64,000 bases of DNA. Origin: Reclinomonas americana ATCC 50394 (lineage: Eukaryota). This document shows positions 22,898 to 36,100 of the stretch, piece by piece (the stretch's first letter is position 1; each line of letters begins with the position of its first letter). Position numbers and translations under genes: made by a program. The stretch lies in assembly GCA_048213135.1 (NCBI GenBank), contig PS015061.1, positions 31,172-95,171 on the forward strand. The letters are read 5' to 3'. The notes under the pieces were generated by a model. The model was given only the letters and a program-made list of their open reading frames with translations, ran no database searches and had not been told where the DNA came from.

Positions 22898-23055
22898 GTG
22901 TCACACACATACACTCATGTTACGCACTTGACTTCCACGACGGTGATGAGCGCAGGCGCGTCACCGCGCAACTCCACCAACTCCACATCGCGGTGTGTGG
23001 TCGAGGCGGGCGTCCTCGCGCGCATCGAGGAGTTGGCATGCGCGGGAGAGTCCAT
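21151..23055 (-). CDS. DUF4436-like multi-pass membrane protein
   Basis: ATG 23055 and multiple GT-AG introns. N-terminal TM helix, FYPCDSY, then FARS..FFAIFVMVLMWILAL, LFAMPAVRSAQPNVPAIGIIADVVCFFW. This fits the DUF4436 C-terminal pattern as I recall it. Confidence 0.72.
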
Positions 23056-23435
23056 TGTGCGCGCGTAATCCGTGTGCGGAAAATGTTAGTTTGCATTGAT
23101 ATCAGCCGTCGTTTGGTGGGACACTTCGTGCTCAATGCAGTTTGAAGAACCCAGAAATTCCGTGTACGCATACGTATATGGTGTATGTGTATGGTGGAGT
23201 GGAAGAGAGAGAGAGAGAGCATACATATACTCTTGCCAATTGCAAGGCATTTTATATATGCACACTGCATGCGCAGTTTCATGATCATGATAGCGCTCTG
23301 CCTGAAACCCAGTTACCTCAGAAGCCGAGCGCAGGGCGCCTTTTCCCCCTTGCTTGGTCAACTGCTTCGCACTCAGGTGACAGAACAGAAGGCTCGTCCC
23401 GTGCCCCATTCTACGCGATCGAGTCTCGAGCACAG

Positions 23436-26400
23436 ATGGTTTGCTTCCTCTCTCTTGCCTCCCCTCCCCTCCCTCCTCTCACTTTCCCACTCGCCCACTC
23501 GCCCACTCGCCCACTCTCTCACTCTCTCACTCTCCCAGTCTCTCTCACACCCTCTCGCTAACTCCCTCTCCCTCATGCTTCCCTTTTCCCTTTCGTTTTC
23601 GCACTCACTTCACCCCACTGCCTGTGCACAGGAGGAAGACGCTGCGTCTTCTGCCGCCTCTGCTGCAGTTGCTTCCGCAGTGGAGAATGTGATCGGTGAG
23701 TTTCCGAACGAAGTCTGTCTCTCTTCACACTCTCTTACCTCACACGCGCACTCTCACACAGAGCAACTGTCGTCTGTGCAAGTGGCTGACGATGTCGCTG
23801 TTGCTGCTGTCGAGGATGCTGCTCCCGCTGTTGTTGAGGTTGTTGAGGTTGTCGACTTTGTGTTTCCGAGTCGCCAGCGTGCGGCAGTGCGAGCGAGTAA
23901 CATCGCACACGTGTCCACTGTTGGTGAGGAGCAACATCAGGGGAGGAGATGGAGTGTGCATGGAGTGTGTGAGTGATTGATTGCGCTTCACAATCACAGA
24001 ACAACCTGCTGTTTTTGCGATTTGCGGTGGTCGTGGCTCTGGCAAGTCATTCATGATGCGTCTGGTTGTGGAGGAGATGAAGCGGTCGGGATGGAAGCGA
24101 CCCATTCGGTATCTGCAATGGGATGCACCACAGGTGAGCCACTTCTCTTCTTTTATGCCTTTTGTATTCTGGTGTCGTACGCGTCTTCGCCTCTTCCTCC
24201 TTTCCCTCTTTGACTTCTCGAGTCTTTCTCCTCCTCCTCCCTTTCCTCTTCCTCCTCCTTCTCCTTCTCCTCCTACTCCTCCTCCTACTCCTCCTCCTCC
24301 TTCTTCTTCTTCTTCTTCTTCTTCCCCCTATTTTCCTTACCCTTGATTACCCTCGCGTAGGTCGCCGCTGTTGCCGACGGTGATGGCGAGGGGTCGGAGG
24401 AAGACAGCGCGGCGGGTGTGTGCTACGTGATCGATGGCATGGCGATGGACGACGCACTGGCTGCGCGTGCTGCCGTCGGTGAGTCGCTCGCGCTTGGTAT
24501 CGTTGCCACATGCCTTCTTCGTCATCACACTACTGTGGGAGCAGACCTGGTCAATGCAGTGGCCGTGATTGTGACGTGCACCAACTATGACGAGCGAGTT
24601 TTGCGTCAGGTGCTCAGCGGTGATGAGACGCGCATGTTTGTGCATGTGACAAGTGGCCTGGAGTCGCTGTCGGTGGCGGATGTGGATGCGTTTGTCAAGA
24701 CGGTTGGCGCGCGTGGTGTGGATGTGTCGGGATGGACGAGTGAGGTGTCGGCGCATTTGCTGCGCTCGCTGCAAATGCTGAACAATGCTGCTCCATTGGT
24801 GATGCAGTGTGTAGAGTTGCGTCGTCGACGATTAACCAGTCACCAGGTCCCTTTTTGTTTCTCATTCATCATTTTCTCGTGCACAGACACGCACTCTCCC
24901 GCCATCCGTCGCCACTGTCACCGGCGCTGATTGACGAAGTGGTGCATGCCATCGTCGCGCCACTGGAGCCACTGCCGTCATTGTCGTCGGTGATTGCGGG
25001 ACTGTCGCCGGCGGCGTGTGAGCTGCTCCTGTTCTCCGTGCTGGCCGACGAGTTTCACGTGCCGCTCACTGCCGACTTGGCGACCGCGCTGCATCACTTG
25101 GCGACAGATGTGGCGGCGGCACCGGCGGTGCTGGATGGCGTGGCGAAGGAGGCGATGGCGCTGGGTCATCGGATCGCGCTGCTGCCGATGAGTGTGGCAG
25201 ATCCGACCGACGAGACGGATGCTGACTGGCGCGAGCGACGTGCACGCATTGCGCGTGCGCTTCGTCAAGACGCACCCTTGTCGTCGTCGTCGTCGTCGTC
25301 GGCTGCCGAGGAGCTTGTGGCCACTGGCCTGGTGGAGTGCGTGTCGCACGATGTGGTCGACGCGGTGATGCTGCTGCTGCGGTGCGATGTGGTGCGACAC
25401 ACGAGGCATGCTCCTCGCGGGTGCACCGAGTACCGGCTGCGGTCGACGCTGACCACTCCATGTGTGCATGCCGTTGGTGGCCTCGGTGGCGAGCTGGAGC
25501 GTGTGCGGCATCTCTTCATTTGGGTGCTCTGTGCTGCGTGTACTGCGGTCGATGACATGGATGTGTTTCGTGAACACCTCTGCGGCCGGTATCTGCTGAA
25601 CACGAGCAGCCATTTGTGGACGTGCCTGGCCACGGACGACGGCTTGTGGATGCACTCTGCAGCCGTGGCTCCGGCCGCTGCGCTGCTGTATGGGTGTGGA
25701 GGACGACTGGCGGACTTGTCACGACGGTCGTGGCCGCGTCGGCGTTTCCCGCAGCCACTTGGCGAGCTGCTGTATGTGCGCACGGATCCGCCGCCATTGC
25801 CGTCGCCATCGGGACTGGTGGTGTCCGTGGTGTCGCCCGCGGATGTTCCTGGTTGTGGCGATCCACTGTTTCGAGCTCGGATGCATTGCCGGTCGTGCGT
25901 GGCATACGTGCTGAAGCGCACAAGCGAGTGCGTGGAGGCGTGTACTGCATTGTGGAGTGCCCTCCTCGCCGACGATGGCGGGGAGGTGGCGCGATGCGGC
26001 GCGCAGGCACTTGCCTACCTCGCGGAGTACGCTTGGTTCCTCTTCGAATGCAGTGAATACAACAAGCCGGCACTGATGGAGCTGGTGAAGGCCGGCATTG
26101 CGCGGTCGCGAGAGCTGCACGGCGACAACAGCATGGAGTCGCAAGGCTTGGTCGCCTCATTGGCCATGGCGTGTATGGAGGAAGGTCGTCTGTTGGAGAG
26201 CGAGCAGCTGCACAAGCCTTGCTACGATCTTGCGATCGAATCATTCGGTCGCAAGCACCCCATGTCCCTCGCGTTGGCCTTCATCTCGTCCGGCTGGGTC
26301 AGCGCCTCGGTGCGCGGCGAACTGGACTCTGCATGCACGATCCTGGTCGATTTGCTGGCCAATGTCTGTGAGGTGCACGGCCCGATGGATTCATCGGCCA

Positions 26401-29400
26401 TGTCATTGTCGAGGCAGTGCGCCCAGCTTCTGGAACGCCTCGGGCGGACTGTGGAAGCCGAAGCGCTGTACCGGCGTGAGTTGGCGTATCGGCGCGAGAC
26501 GGATGGTGAGGAGTCGGTGGAGACCATGCAGTCGATCTACAACCTCGCCGATTTGTTGCAGCTGGTGAGCGAAAAGCGCGAGGCCGATGCGCTCTACGCC
26601 GAATGCTCCACGCATCTGCGCGGCGAGATGGATCGAGTGGCCGACTCCAACGACGTCACGCCGCAGCTTCTCGACTTGCTCAACCTGGCAGCCATGTGCG
26701 CGCTGAAGCGTGAGGAGCACCAAAAGGCCGAGGATCTGTTCCGTCAGTGCTTGGCTGGCCGACGACGGCTGCATGGCATGCATAGTGTGCATACGCACAC
26801 GGCGCTGACGCACCTGGCTGTGTGCCTTAAACAGCGGGGTGAAGTGACGGAAGCCACGGAGCTGTTTCGGGAGATTCTCGCATCGGTCTCGCAGACGCAC
26901 GGGCCGCGAAGTCAGGTGACTGCCAGCATCATGTTCGACCTGGCCGACTGTTTGCAGCGCTTCGAGGATGCGGCGCACCTGGCCGAGAGCGAGACGATGC
27001 ATCGCGAGTGCCTCCAGTTGCGGCGTGAGATTTTCGGTGATCGACACCCCGACACGATGACGTCGTTGTGTGAGATGGCCTCGCTGCTGTACAAGAAGAT
27101 GCAACCAGAGGAGGCGGCGACGATGTATGCGGAGTGTCTTGCAGTGCAGCGCGAGTTGCTGGGGCCGAAGCATCAGGCCACGCTCATCACCATGCGCAAC
27201 TTGTCCGTGGTGTCATCGCTTCTCGGGCGACTGGATGTGTCGGAGGCGCTGACGCGCGACATTATTGCGGTGATGGTCGACATTCACGGTGTGAACTCGG
27301 CGGCTGTGGCCACTGCCGAACTCGACTTGGCCGACACGTTGGCACTCCAGCAGCGATCCAGCGAGGCACTGGAGGTGGCGCACACGGCAGTGCAGCACCT
27401 CCGTGAGGCACCAGATGTTGGCGAGTGCTGCGAGGTGTTCATGAATAACTTTAGCACGACTGTGCGTATTGTTGCGTCGTCAGCGGTGCCGTTGGACAAC
27501 ATACGTGACGTGCTGCAAGACGCACACACAGTGTCGTCCACGGTTCTCGGTGTGCACCACTTGGTGACTCTGGGTCTGCTGTCGCACCTCGCCGCGTGCG
27601 AGCAGCAAATGGGCAAGTCGGAGCAAGCTGTGCAACACTTCCGTGAGCTGGTGACGGCTCTACGTGCGTCGGAGGACGCACAGGCGCAGCCAATGTTACT
27701 GGAAATCATGTTGATGTTCGTGGTGCACCAGTTTCAAGCGGAGGAGTTCGACGAGGCGGCTGCTGTTGGCGTCGATTTGTTCCGGTGGCGTCGAGCGCTG
27801 TTCGGCGAGTGGCACATTGACACTGCCGACGTGCTGGCGGTACTGAATCGCGTGTACCATGCTTCTGGTGACGGCGTCAAGGCAGTGCAGTACGGCTTGC
27901 TGTGTGTTGAGGCTCGTCGGCGCGCGCTGGGCCCCGCTCACGTTCACACGCTCACGGCCATGATGAATGTGGCGACATCGTACGAGCTGCGCGGTCAATT
28001 CGCCGAGGCGGTGCAGCAGTTGCAGAATGGCTTTACGATATCCGAGTCAGCAACCGGTCGCCTCCACGTGACAACACTTGGCTTCGAGTTCCGTCTCGCT
28101 CAAGCACTGGTGAGGCTCGGCGATCTCGACAAGGCCGAAACGACGTTCCGCGACTTCCTGGCCAATATCAAGGACTTGCCCAAGGTGGCAGGACCTCGTC
28201 CAGCCCAAGATCAGGACGACGGCAATCAGCAGCAGGGCCCGGAGCACGACATTCCGAGTGCCAGCGATTTGGAGGATGAGACATTGTCGGCAGCTCTCGG
28301 GCTGTCGGAATGTCTTCGTCAGGCGCAGAAGATACCGGCGGCGTTGGAGGCGGCTCGCGAGTTCCAGTCCATGTGGCTGGCGGCGGGGCGCAACAAGCAG
28401 GACGACTACCTCACTGGCCTTTTGACGGAGGTCTCCTGTCTACTTGTGCTTGAACAGTACGCGGAGGCGGAGGTACGCTCACGGTCGGCGCTGGATCACT
28501 GCCGACAGGATGTTGGCGACGAACACCCCTACACTGTGTTGATGATGGCGCTGCTCGCGTCGTCGGTGTACAATCAGGGGCGTCTAGCTGATGCTGTGCC
28601 GGTGTTGGAAGAAGTTGCGCCACTGATACGCGGGGTGTTTGGGATGGATAATCACTACACGTTGTCGGCGTTGACACAATTGGCACGCGCGTACGTTCAA
28701 CTGGGGCGATTCGCGAATGCCATTCCCCTCTATGAGGAGCTGATACCGGCGCACCGTGCTGCTTGCGGAGACATGGATTCGACTACACTGAATATGACGA
28801 GAGAGTTGGCGCTGTGCCACGCAGCGCTACGCCATACCGAGGTGGCACTGGCGTTGGTACGAGAGCTGGAGCCGAGGTATCGCGCCGCTTATGGCGATCG
28901 GCATCCGGAAACCCTCAGCCTTCTGCACGCGCTGGCGTCCATGCTGCGGTCAAAGTGCGGAGACGAGAACGTTGACGCGCAGGCACTGGCGCTATTTGTC
29001 GAGTGTTACAATGGACGGCGGGAGGTGCTCGGCGAAGACGACAGTGAAACGATGGACGTGCTGCAAGAGCTGACATTGTATCGACTGGTGGCCGGAGAGG
29101 TGGACGTAGCGGAGCAGGGAGCGCGACAAGTGCTGGCGTGGCGCCGCCAGTCAGTGGGCGACCTCGACTTGGACACGGCAAGTGCGCGGCATGTGGTGGC
29201 GCTGTGCCTGCTGTGCCGGCAGTTGCAGGCGGTGGGCTGCGTCGATGTGCGACTGGGAAGCGTCAGACAGCTGCTGCAGTCGTGCCGTCAGCGGCTGCCG
29301 GTGGCAGTCGTTCGTGCGCCCGCTGGAGCCGCTGCCGCCGCCGCCGAGGGCAACCACGGCGGTGCTCCTGGCTCGCCGGGCAGCATTGCGAACAGTCAGG

Positions 29401-30031
29401 CGGTGGCGGTGGCCGGTGCCGAGCCAGCTGTGCTGAACCAGATCGACACGCTGCTACGCGAGTCACTGAGTGTGGTGCGCGCATTCCTGGGCGAGGCTTC
29501 AGGGGTGGCAGGCCAGTTGTTGGTGGAGCTGTCTGTGTGTGCACAGTTGCGAGGTGACACGGCTGCGGCGTGCCAGTTGCTGACGGAGGCCCGAGGCGTT
29601 TTCGCGGCAGAGGCTGGCGAGATGCACGTTCACACCCTGCACGTGATGTGCTATCTGGGTCAGTGTCTGGCCAGCATAAATTCACTGGCGGAGGCGGCGG
29701 CGATGTTGGAGGCCAGTGCAGCCGGGTTCCGACAAGTTTCGTGCGGTTTGAGCTCGAGGGGAAGATGGTGGTGGCTTGCTGATTGTCGATGATGATGTGT
29801 GTGCAGACTTGCGGTGACGAAGACGCCGACGCGGTGATGGCACGAGATGAGCTTGCACGAGTGCGCGGACTGCTGGCGGAGCAAGTCGGCGAGGTCGGTG
29901 GCGAAGAAGGACAACAAGTGCAGCGCGACGATCACGATCAACAGCAGCCGCAACAACAACAACAACAACAACAAATGCAAGGAGCTCAACCAGAGGCGGC
30001 ATTTGAAGGCAACGCACCGGATCCAGAGTGA
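23436..30031 (+). CDS. STAND-type P-loop NTPase plus TPR-repeat protein (NLR-like), copy A
   Basis: Exons: ATG only 23436-23438, 23632-23695, 23762-about 23922, about 24000-24132, 24361-24815, 24887-29735, about 29807-30031. Walker A GGRGSGKS, Walker B-like VCYVIDG, sensor-like VIVTC, GxP-like NAAPLV. Many kinesin-light-chain-type TPRs (..LG..HPDT..S...LA). Confidence 0.85.
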
Positions 30032-30121
30032 CCCCAGCATGTGTTGAAGTGTTGGAAGTGAATGTTAAGTTGTCCATGCATGAAGTCCCGGCCGCCTTCC
30101 GTTCACGAAACGCACAAAGCA

Positions 30122-33100
30122 ATGGTTTGATTGCTTCGCCTCCACGTCTGTTGCCTCCATCTGCTGTGCTCATGCGTGGAACATTACTGCTCACAGGAGG
30201 ACGTTGCCGCCTCTGCTGCAGTTGCTTCCGCAGTGGAGAATGTGATCGGTGAGTTTACCGAACGAAGTCTGTCTTTCTCACATTCTCTCACACGCGCACT
30301 CTCACACAGAGCAACTGTCGTCTGTGCAAGTGGCTGACGATGTCGCTGCTGCTGCTGTCGGGGATGCTCCTGCTGTTGTTGAGGTTGTTGAGGATGTCGA
30401 CTTCGTGTTTCCGAGTCGCCAGCGTGCGGCAGTGCGAGCGAGTAACATTGCACACGTGTCCACTGTTGGTGAGGAGCAACATCAGGAGGAGAGATGGAGT
30501 GTGCATGGAGTGTGTGAGTGATTGATTGCGCTTCACAATCACAGAACAACCCGCCGTGTTCACGATTTGCGGTGGTCGTGGCTCTGGCAAGTCATTCATG
30601 ATGCGTCTGGTTGTGGAGGAGATGAGGCGGTCGGGATGGAAGCGGCCCATTCGTTATTTACAGTGGGATGCACCGCAGGTGAACCACTTCTCTTCTAGAT
30701 CTGTTATGCCTTTTGTATTCCGGTGTCTTCCTCCTCCTCCCTTTCCTCCTCCTTCTTCTTCTTTCCTCCTTTTCCTCATTTCCCTCCTCCTCCTCCTTCT
30801 CCTCCTTCTCCTCCCTGTCCTCCTCGTCTTTCTCATCCTCTTTCTCCTCCTCCTCCTCCTCCTCCTCCTCCTCCTCCTCCTTCTCCACCTCCTCCCTTTC
30901 CACTCCCTCCTCCTCCTCCCCTTTGCCTTACCCTTGATTACCCTCCTGTAGGTCGCCGCTGTTGCCGACGGCGATGGCGAGGGATCGGAGGAAGACAGCG
31001 CTGCGGGTGTGTGCTACGTGATCGATGGCGTGGCGATGGACGACGCACTGGCTGCGCGTGCTGCCGCCGGTGAGTCGCTCACGCTTTGTATCGTCGCCAC
31101 ATGTCTTCTTCGTCATCACACTACTATGAGAGCAGACCTGGTCAACGCAGTGGCCGTGATTGTGACGTGTACCGACTATGACGAGCGAGTACTGCGTCAG
31201 GTGCTCAGCGGTGATGAGACGCGCATGTTTGTGCATGTGACAAGTGGCCTGGAGTCGCTGTCGGTGGCGGATGTGGACGCGTATGTCAAGACGGTTGGCG
31301 CGCGTGGTGTGGATGTGTCGGGATGGACGAGTGAGGTGTCGGCGCATGTGCTGCGCTCGCTGCGAATGCTGAACAACGCTGCTCCATTGGTGATGCAGTG
31401 TGTTGAGTTGCGTCGTCGACGATTAACCAGTCGCCAGGTCCCTTCTTGTTTTCTCATTCATCTTTTCTCGTGCACAGACACGCACTCTCCCGCCATCCGT
31501 CGCCACTTACATCCGCGCTGATTGACGAAGTGGTGCATGCCATCGTCGCGCCACTGGAGCCACTGCCGGCATTATCGTCGGTGATTGCGGGACTGTCGCC
31601 GGCGGCGCGTGAGCTGCTCCTGTTCTCCGTGCTGGCCGACGAGTTTCACGTGCCGCTCACTGCCGACTTGGCAGCCGCACTGCATCACTTGGCAGGAGAT
31701 GTGGCGGCGGCACCGGCGGTGTTGGATGGCGTCGCGAAGGAGGCAATGGCGCTGGGTCACCGGATCGCACTGCTGCCGATGAGTGTGGCAGATCCGACCG
31801 ACGAGACAGATGCTGACTGGCGCGAGCGACGCGCACGCATTGCGCGTGCGCTTGGCCAAGACGCACCCTTGTCGTCGTCGTCGTCGTCGTCGTCGGCTGC
31901 CGAGGAGCTTGTGGCCACTGGCCTGGTGGAGTGCGTGTCGCATGATGTGGTCGACGCGGTGATGCTGCTGCTGCGGTGCGATGTGGTGCGACACGCGAGG
32001 CATGCTCCTCGCCGGTGCACCGAGTACCGGCTGCGGTCGACGCTGACCACTCCGTGTGTGCATGCCGTTGGTGGCCTCGACAGCGAGCTGGAGCGTGTGC
32101 GGCATCTCTTCATCTGGGTGCTGTGTGGTGCCATGGCTGCAATTGATGAAGTGGACGTGTTGCGCGACCACTTGAGTGGCGAGCACATGCTGAACGCGTG
32201 CAGCCATTTGTGGACGTGTCTGGCCACGGACGACGGCTTGTGGATGCACTCTGCAGCCGCGGCTCCGGCCACCGTGTTGCTGTACAAGTGTGTAGCGCGA
32301 CTGGCGGACTTGTCACGACGGTCGTGGCCGCCGCGTCGCTTCCCGCAGCCACTTGGCGAGTTGTTGTTCGTGCGCACGGACCCTGGGCCGACGGGCTCCA
32401 TGGAGCTGTCGCCCGGCGCGGTTCCGGGTTGTGGCGATCCGCTGTTCCGAGCTCGGATGCATTGCCGGTCGTGCGTGGCGTACGTGCTGAAGCGCACTGG
32501 CGAGTGCGTGGAGGCATGTACGGCAGTGTGGGAAGCGCTTCTCGCTGCCGATGGCGGCGATATTGCGCGTTGCAGTGCGCAGGCACTTGAATACCTTCCA
32601 CTTATCGCCACCACGTTGTGCGAACGCAGCGAGTACAGCAAGGCCTCGGAGTTGCTGGTGGCCGGTATTGCACGGTCGCGAGAGCTGCATGGCGAGCACA
32701 GCCTCGAAACTCAGGGCATGATCAACGTGTTGGCTCTCGACTACGCCCAGGAGGGTCGGATTGCGGACGGCGAGAAACTGCACACTGAGTGCCACGTACT
32801 CGTTGTGGAGACGCTCGGCGCCAAGCACCCCTATGCACTCTCCATGGCCTTCAACGTCGCCAGCTGGGCGGTTGCTCGTGGCGACGTAGGCATGGCCAGT
32901 ACGATCCTTCTCGCTCTTCTGCCTGACGTCAACGAAATATTTGGAGCGCTCGACATGACGACAATGACCACGATGCAGAACTGTGCCCACCTGCTTGAAC
33001 GCCTTGGGCGGACAGCTGAGGCCGAGGTGCTGTACCGGCGTGAGTTGGCGTACCGGCGCGAGACGGATGGCGAAGAGTCGGTGGAGACCACGCAGTCGAT

Positions 33101-36100
33101 CTACAATCTCGCCGACTTGCTTGAGCAGCTTAGCCAGAGGCGCGAGGCCGACGCGCTCTACGCCGAGTGCTCCACGCATCTGCGCAGCGAGCTGAACCGG
33201 CTGGCCGACTCCAACGACGTCACGCCGTTATTGTTGGGCCTTATCAACTCGGCAGCGTTGTGCGCGCTGAAGCGCGACGAACTGCAGACTGCCGAGGATC
33301 TGTTCCGCCAGTGCTTGGCTGGTCGACGACGTCTGTTTGGCTTGCAAAGTGTGCACACGCACACGGCGCTGTCGAACTTGGCTATTTGCTTGGAGAAGTC
33401 CGGCCAGCTGACGGAGGCTGAGGCGTTGTTGCGCGAGAGTTTTGCCCTGCGGACGCAAGTGTACGGTCTGCGCAGTCCCATTACGGTCGGGGCCATGTTC
33501 GACCTGGCCGACTGTCTGCAGCGCTTCGAGGATGCGGCGCACCTGGCCGAGAGCGAGACCATGCATCGCGAGTGTCTCCAGTTGCGGCGTGAGCTGCTTG
33601 GAGATCGGCACCCCGACACGATGACGTCGTTGTGCGAGATGGCCTCGCTGCTGTACAAGAAAATGCAACGGGAGGAGGCGGCGACGCTGTATGCGGAGTG
33701 TCTTGCAGTGCAACGCGAGTTGCTGGGGCCGAAGCATCAGGCCACGCTCATCACCATGCGCAATCTGTCTGTCACATCGTCACTTCTCGGGCGACTGGAT
33801 GTGTCGGAAGCACTGACGCGCGACATTGTTGCGGTGATGGTCGACATTCACGGTGTGAACTCGGCGGCCGTGGCCACGGCCGAACTCGACTTGGCCGACA
33901 CGTTGGCACTCCAGCAGCGATTCATCGAGGCACTGGAGGTGGCGCACTCGGCAGTGCAACATGTGCGTGAGGCGCCCGATGTTGGCGAGTGTTGCGAGCC
34001 GTTCATGCGTGGCCTCAGCGAGGTCTGCAGCCGCATATTTGGCGCGGTGCAGTCGGACACTGTGTGCGATGCACTACAAAGTGCGCACACAGTGTCGTCC
34101 ACGGTTCTCGGTGTGCACCACCTGGCGACTCTGGGTCTGCTGTCGCACCTCGCCGCGTGCGAGCAGCAAATGAGCAAGTCGGAGCAAGCTGTGCAACACT
34201 TCCGCGAGCTGGTGACGGCCCTGCGTGCATCGGAAGACGCACAGTCGCAGCCAATGCTGCTGGAGGCTTGCTTTTTGTTCCTGGCGTCCTCGTACCAGAC
34301 AGGCCAACTGGACGAGGCGGCTGCTGTTGGCGTCGACTTGTTCCGGTGGCGCCGAGCGGTGTTTGGCGAGTGGCACAGTGACACAGCCGACGTGCTGGCC
34401 ATGCTTGATCGTGTGTACTATTCACTTGGTGACGGTGCCAAGGCAGTGCAGTATGCAGCTTTGTGTTTGGAGGCTCGTCGGCGCACCATGGGTCCCGCTC
34501 ACGTTGACACGCTCATGGCCATGATAAATTTGGCGGCGTCTTACGAGCTGCGCGGTCAGTTTGCCGAGGCAGCACAGCAGTTGCAGAACGGCTTTACGAT
34601 ATCAGAATCAGCAACCGGTCGCCTCCATGCGTCAACACTCAGCTTCGAGTTCCGTCTGGCGCAAGCACTGCTGAAGGCGAACAATTTTGACGCGGCCGAA
34701 ACGACATTCCGCGACTTCCTGGCCAACATCAAGGACTTGCCGAAGGTGGCTGGGCCACGATCAGCGCAAGATCAACGCGACGGCAACCAGCAGCAGGGCC
34801 CGGAGCACGATATTCCGAGTGCCAGCGATTTGGAGGATGAGACTTTGTCGGCAGCTCTGGGACTCGCCGAGTGCTTGCATCAGGCGCAGAAGATACCGGC
34901 GGCGTTGGAGGCGGCGCGCGAGTTCCAGTCGATGTGGCTGGCGGCAGGGCGCAACAAGCAGAACGGCTACCTCACTGGCCTCGTGACGGAGGTCTCCTGC
35001 CTGCTTGTGCTTGAACAGTACGCGGAGGCGGAGGTACGCTCACGGTCGGCACTGGATCACTGCAGACAGGATGTTGGCGACGAACACCCGTACACTGTGT
35101 TGATGATGGCGCTGCTCGCGTCATCGGTGTACAATCAGGGGCGTCTAGCAGATGCTGTGCCGGTGTTGGAAGAAGTTGCGCCACTGATACGCGGGGTGTT
35201 TGGGATGGACAATCACTACACGTTGTCGGCGTTGACACAATTGGCACGCACGTACGCGCAACTGGGGCGGTTCGCAGATGCGCTTCCGCTGTACCAGGAA
35301 GTGGTACCAGCCTTCGGCGAGTTGAATCCGGCGACGCTGAATATGCAGAGTGAGATTGTCATGTGTCTCGCTGCACTGAATCACGGCGAGGAGGCGCTGG
35401 CGTTGATACGAGAGCTGGAGCCGAGGTATCGCGCCGCGTACGGCGATCGGCATCCGGAAACCCTCAGTGTGCTGCTCGCGCTGGCGTCCATGCTGCGGGC
35501 AAAGCACGGCCACGACGGCGTTGACGTACAGGCGCTGGCGCTATTTGTCGAGTGTTACAACGGACGGCGGGAGGTGCTCGGCGAAGACGACGACGACACG
35601 ATGGATGCACTGCAAGAGCTGTCGTCATATCGACTGGCAGCCGGAGAGGTGGACGTAGCGGAGCAGGGAGCGCGACAAGTGCTGGCATGGCGCCGCCAGT
35701 CAGTGGGCGATCTCGACCCGGACACGGCTAGCGCGCAGCATGTGCTGGCGATGTGCCTGCTGTGCCGGCAGTTGCAGGCGGTGGGCTGTGTCGATGTGCG
35801 ACTCGGAAGCGTTAAGCAGCTGCTGCAGTCGTGCCGTCAGCGGCTGCCGCTGGCAGTCGTTCGTGCTCCCGCTGGAGCCGCCGCCGCCGGCGAGGGCAAC
35901 CACGGCGGTGCTCCTGGCTCGCCGGGTAGCATTGCAAACAGCCAGGCGGTGGCGGTGGCCGGTGCCGAGCCGGCTGTGCTGAACCAGATCGACACGCTGC
36001 TTCGCGAGTCACTGAGTGTGGTGCGCGCATTCCTGGGCGATGCTTCAGGGATGGTGGCACGACTGCTGGTGGAGCTGTCTGTGTGTGCACAGTTGCGAGG

